DNA from: an uncultured virus (IMG/VR IMGVR_UViG_3300002498_000029)
Lineage: Duplodnaviria > Heunggongvirae > Uroviricota > Caudoviricetes
IMG/VR virus record: IMGVR_UViG_3300002498_000029
Reading direction: 5' to 3' (one strand)
Length of the DNA stretch: 64,000 nucleotides
The notes under the pieces are model-generated. The model ran no database searches and was not told the origin of the DNA. It was given only the letters and a program-made list of their open reading frames with translations. The position numbers were made by a program, and so were the translations under genes. Positions 59,382-64,000 of this stretch are shown here, piece by piece (the first letter of the stretch is position 1; every line of letters starts with the position of its first letter).

Positions 59382-60383
59382 ATGAATATATTAATAACAG
59401 GAGTAGCAGGATTAATAGGATCTAGATTTGCTAGTTGGGTAGTTGAAAACACTGATAATGTTGTTATTGGAATAGATGATTTAAGTGGTGGATATGTAGA
59501 GAATGTTAATTAGAAGATAATATTTTATAATTTAGAAATATATAAAGATAATATAGAAGGAATATTTAAGAAACATTCAATTGATATAATATATCATTTT
59601 GCAGCTTATGCAGCTTAGTGTCTGTCTCCATTTATACGAACATTTAATTATAGTAACAATCTATTAACTACAACAAAAATGGTTAATTTAGCAATAAATT
59701 ATAATATAAAGAAATTTGTTTTTACTTCAAGTATGGGTGTTTATGGTTTCGGGAACAATAAACCACCGTTTTCTGAAGATATAATACCTGAGCCAATTGA
59801 TCCATATGGTATTGCTAAATATGCCTGTTAGATGGATTTGAAGGTAGCAAATATACAGCATGGATTGAAGTATTGCATAATTAGACCACATAATGTATAT
59901 GGTGTAAATCAAAACATATGGGATAAATATAGAAATGTTTTAGGTATATGAATGTATCAATCTTTAAACAATTTACCATTAACTGTTTTTGGTGAAGGAT
60001 TACAGAGAAGGGCATTTAGTTATATTGATGATATATTAGAATGTTTATGAATAGCGGGTCAAGATAACAGTACAAATGGTGAAATAATAAATTTAGGTGG
60101 TATTGAATCTATATCTATTATGGAAGCCTGTTAGATAGTAAGTTAGATAACAAACAATAAAAACATAAAACATTTATAGCCAAGACATGAAGTCAGAGAA
60201 GCATATCCAACTTGAAAAAAATCTGTTGAATATTTGGGGTTCAAACATAAAACAGATATCGCTGATGGTATATTGCAAATGTGAAATTGGGCTAAAACTC
60301 AACCAAACAGAGAAAGATTTTAGTGGGATAATTTTTAGATAAGCAACAAAATATATTCATATTGAAAAAACAAATATGTATAA
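59382..60383 (+). CDS. NAD-dependent sugar epimerase/dehydratase (recoded)
   Basis: ITGVAGLIGS, DDLSGG, HFAAYAAE, TSSMGVYG, YGIAKYACE, RPHNVYG. Confidence 0.88.
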
Positions 60384-61479
60384 ATATGATTTTTTAATTA
60401 TTGGTGCTGGGTTATTTGGCTCGATTTGCGCATATGAATTGAATAAATTGGGTCTTAAATGCTTGGTTATTGATAAAAGAAAGCATATTGGTGGTAACTG
60501 TTATACAGAAAATTGAAATTCTATAAATATTCATTTATATGGACCGCATATATTTCATACTTCTAATAAACGTATTTGATAGTATGTTAAAAAGCTGAGT
60601 TAGTTTAATAATTTTATTTACACTCCATTAGCAAATAATAATAATGTATTATATCCATTACCATTTAATATGTATACATTTAACAAAATGTGAAATGTAA
60701 ATACACCAAATGAAGCTAGAACTAAAATGCATATTTCAGACAATATAAAGTATAATAATTTAGAATAGAAAGCAATAAGTCAAGTAGGGTAGGAAATATA
60801 TAATTTATTGATAAAGGAGTATACTCAAAAACAATGAATGAAAGATCCTATATAGTTACCTGCATAGATTATTGATAGATTACCAGTTAGATTTACTTAT
60901 AATAACAATTATTATAATGATATATTTCAAGGTATCCCAAAATATGGATATACAGCAATATTTAATAAGTTGTTGTAGAATGTTGATGTTAAACTACAAG
61001 TTGATTATTTGAATAATAGAGAATATTTTAACATGAAAGCAAAAAGTGTAATATATACTGGTCCAATTGATGCTTATTATGATTATTGTTATGGAGATTT
61101 ATAGTATAGGTCATTGTATTTTAAACATGAAAAATTAGATATAGATAATTATCAAGGGACTTCTGTGATTAATTATATAAATATTGATATACCACATACA
61201 AGAATAATAGAACATAAGCATTTTGATATAAACAATAAAACAAACAGTACTTGAATAACTTATGAATATCCTATTAACTATACAAAAGAAATTGGATAGT
61301 ACTATCCAATAAATAGTGATAATAACAATAATACATATAATAAGTATTATTTATTATCACAAAAAGAAAACAACACTTATTTTGGAGGTAGATTGGCAGA
61401 GTATAAATATTATGATATGGATAAAACAATATTATCAGCTTTAAATTTTTTATAGAGTTATTTTAGGAGTAAAAAATAA
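60376..61479 (+). CDS. glf: UDP-galactopyranose mutase, second copy (recoded)
   Basis: IIGAGLFG, IGGNCY, HLYGPHIFHT, YTQKQW, LEYRS, RIIEHKHF, GRLAEYKYYDMD. Confidence 0.9.
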
Positions 61480-61480
61480 T

Positions 61481-62479
61481 ATGAATACATTCAAATATAT
61501 ATATATATTAATTCCAAATAATTGAAGGGCTGGTGGTATTTAGAGTTTATATCAGCTATATTATACACTTAAAAAATTGGAGTGTAATGTAAAGGTCATT
61601 TTATTAGACCACAATATACACCCTCAACGGCACATCAATTGATTATAGTTACACCAAAATAACTTTACATATGAATATGAAGAATGTTATCATAAATATA
61701 ATCTTATATCTGAAGATATTGTTATAAACATTGAAGATAGTAGTTAGAATTTTTTAGTAATACCTGAAATATTTCCAAATATTGTTATGAATTTTAAAAA
61801 TATCAAGACAGGTATTTGATGGTTAAGCGTTGACAATGGATTGGGGTCAGATCAAAATAATGTGGTGTTTTTGAATGATTAGTTTAAACATATTTATCAT
61901 TTTTATCAATCTGAATATGCTCACTGATTTTTAATTAATAACGGATTTTATTATGTCGCTCCATTATGTGATTTTATATAGGAGGACACCTTTCACCAAA
62001 ATGACATGTGCTTACAAAATAAACGAAACAATATCTTGTACAATCCCGCCAAAGGTTTATCTGATTTAATGCTTTTTAAGTAGAAACTGTAGCAGATTAC
62101 TACAGACTATACATTTATACCTATTCAAAATATGTCACATACTCAAATTAGGAATATTATGTTATAGTCAAAGATATATATTGATTTTGGCAATCATCCT
62201 GGAAAAGATAGAATTCCGAGAGAAGCAGCAATGTGTGGTTGTTGTATAATAACAGGCTGAAATGGGTCTGCTCAGTTTTTTGAAGATGTTAATATTGGTG
62301 CACAATTTAAAATAAATATATAGGATAAAGATAACATCAATATGTTGATAAATACGCTAATCAATGTATCAACTAATGATTTTTATAAATATCATATGTA
62401 GTTTTAGTATTATCGTAAACAAATAATGCTACAAAAATAGAAAATGATTTTTAACGTAAAATCTTTTTTTATTAGTTAA
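61481..62479 (+). CDS. Putative glycosyltransferase (recoded)
   Basis: AGGIESLYQL, VIPEI, WWLSVDN, YNPAKG, YIDFGNHPGKDRIPREAA. Confidence 0.7.
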
Positions 62480-62498
62480 ATATTAATTTGGAGAAAAA

Positions 62499-63212
62499 AT
62501 GTATATAATATATAGAATATCTGATTGTGGATATAATAAAGTTAAACCGAGTTACATTAATAATAAAATTTGTTTACAAAACGCATTAAAATAGTTCCCA
62601 ATTAATATATGCAATTGACATATTATAGCAGATAATGTATCAGAGGAAACCAAAAGTATGTTATCAGAATACATACACAATAAAGATTTAATTGAATATG
62701 TATCGGTAGGTCATGGAGCTGGTACCTTTAATGTAGCATTAGATTTTGCTAAAAATAGTATTAATAATAATCATTAGATAGTATATTTTCTGTAGAATGA
62801 TTATTTACACAAACCTCAATCGTTAAAAATATTACAAGAGGGCTTTTCGTTGAACCCTATGTTTGTATCATTATATGACCATCCAGATAAATATATTCCA
62901 CCTACATCAGGTGGTAATCCTTATTGTATTGATGGTGCAGAAGATACAAGAGTATATTTAACAAAATCTTGTCATTGAAAAATTACAAACTCTACAACAA
63001 TGACATTTGCTATTAAAAAAAGTAATTTAGCAATTGTAGAACTGATTTTAAGAAAACATACTTAGGGAACACACCCATATGATTTTGAAATGTTTATTGA
63101 GTTGATGTAGAATGGACATTTATTGATAACACCAATTCCAGGATATTCTACACATGGTGAAACAGCTTGATTAACACCCTTAACGGATTGGAGTCAAATA
63201 TGTTTAGTGTAA
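62499..63212 (+). CDS. Putative GT-A glycosyltransferase (recoded)
   Basis: IIADN, VYFLENDYLH, SLYDHPDKY, STTMTFA, PGYSTHGE. Confidence 0.7.
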
Positions 63213-63253
63213 TTATGCCAAAAAATATAATAATATAAAGGAGAAAAATATTT

Positions 63254-63793
63254 ATGATAACTTATAATTTTTCAAGTGAAAATCCAGATATACATTGACC
63301 ATATATTATTTGTAATACAGATGATATAGGAGTTGATTTAGGTTGTGGAAGATCGCATTTCATACAGCATAGAAGTCCAGACCTATTAACTTCATCATAG
63401 TGATTGAAAAAATGTGGATGTAATTTTGTATATGGGTTTGATATGGACAATAACGAAATAATTTGATTTAATGAAAATTTTAAAGAATAGAAATCTTCTT
63501 ATAGTTTTCATTTGAAGGAAATTAGTAGTATAGATGATATAATATAGATATATGATTAGTGTAAACCCAATGTAATTAAAGCTGATATATAGGGAGCAGA
63601 AATATATATTACACAATTACCAGATTAGATATTTAAAAGAGTACATTGTTATGCAATAGAAACACATAGTACTGATTTATACAATATGTTTATGACAAAA
63701 TTTCAACAATGTAAATATGAAATAACGGCAATAGCTAGATGAAATGATTCTGTACATGTTATATTTGCATAGAAAATTAAAGAAAGTAATTAA
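63254..63793 (+). CDS. FkbM-like SAM-dependent methyltransferase (recoded)
   Basis: VDLGCG, GFD, VIKADIEGAE, AIETH. Confidence 0.65.
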
Positions 63794-63845
63794 TGAAAAA
63801 ACATTTGATATAACACCAAATAAAATACACAATAAGAGATAAAAA

Positions 63846-64000
63846 ATGATTTCAATAATAATACCAAGTTATAAAAACGCAAAATGTTTAGATATATGTT
63901 TAAATTCAATAATACACAATCAAAAATATAATAATGAAATAATTGTTGTTATAGATGGATTTGTTTAGCAATATTCTGAACTTAAGAATAAGTATAATAA
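63846..64000 (+). CDS. GT2 glycosyltransferase, 5' part (runs off the window)
   Basis: MISIIIPSYKN..CLNSI..EIIVVIDG. Confidence 0.75.

Noticed and set aside
5276..63616. Other short minus-strand ORFs in the track (5276, 8902, 22140, 26637, 32645, 34651, 38607, 40913, 42289, 42843, 49746, 56731, 57187, 58678, 59727, 63262, 63395)
   Set aside because: All overlap plus-strand genes (many recoded) and show no recognisable motifs.
1..64000. TAG=Gln (code 15), as in crAss-like and Lak phages
   Set aside because: TAG occupies catalytic or invariant Glu positions (ExoI DIE, GT E-X7-E, EIRAG, KYESG, FEG), while the conserved Gln residues checked (GGQ, GDQG, SRQLG) use CAA.
1..64000. TGA=Gly (code 25), selenocysteine, or pyrrolysine at TAG
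   Set aside because: TGA aligns with conserved Trp (VWDY, IWE, KW, WWLS), and both codons are far too widespread for Sec- or Pyl-type site-specific insertion.
24411..64000. Mass pseudogenisation or poor sequence quality explaining the fragmented ORFs
   Set aside because: Interruptions are almost only TAG/TGA, reading frames are preserved, motifs are intact, and genes end in TAA with coupled starts.
1..64000. Eukaryotic origin (ciliate or Blastocrithidia-type code)
   Set aside because: TAA terminates genes; Shine-Dalgarno sites, operon coupling, a bacterial RF1 and T4-like phage genes are present.
1..64000. Suppressor tRNA genes (CUA, UCA) in this window
   Set aside because: No cloverleaf or T-loop GTTCRA context was recognised by eye. 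They are predicted to lie elsewhere; tRNAscan-SE or ARAGORN is needed.

Overview
A very AT-rich, gene-dense segment of a large (jumbo-type) bacteriophage genome, almost all on the + strand. The supplied standard-code ORF track looks shattered because most genes use a non-standard genetic code: TAG is read as glutamate, TGA as tryptophan, and TAA is the only stop. With that code the window becomes a near-continuous run of intact genes. Invariant acidic or catalytic residues fall on TAG (PolB ExoI DIE, RF1 EIRAGTGG and KYESG, glycosyltransferase EGFG/EGYG, kinase FEG, helicase WEGV), and conserved Trp residues fall on TGA. Known recoded phages use TAG=Gln or TGA=Trp, so TAG=Glu together with TGA=Trp is the headline. 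The window also carries plausible machinery for this code: a TAG/TGA-free glutamyl-tRNA synthetase with an apparently altered anticodon-reading residue, a CCA-adding enzyme, and an RF1-type release factor whose codon-reading loop predicts UAA-only termination. A set of long genes is entirely free of TAG/TGA, which suggests a temporal code switch. Other content: a family-B DNA polymerase split into two genes by a Ser-type split intein, with a T4 gp42-like cytosine modification and sugar cluster between the halves; a PARP hit by an endonuclease cassette that duplicates its 3' end; two recoded HTH+TnpB elements; 11 copies of a TGTGATA-N17-TATAAT promoter; and glycosyltransferase clusters. No tRNA gene was seen here. 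All translations and alignments were done by eye, and coordinates of recoded genes were derived manually.
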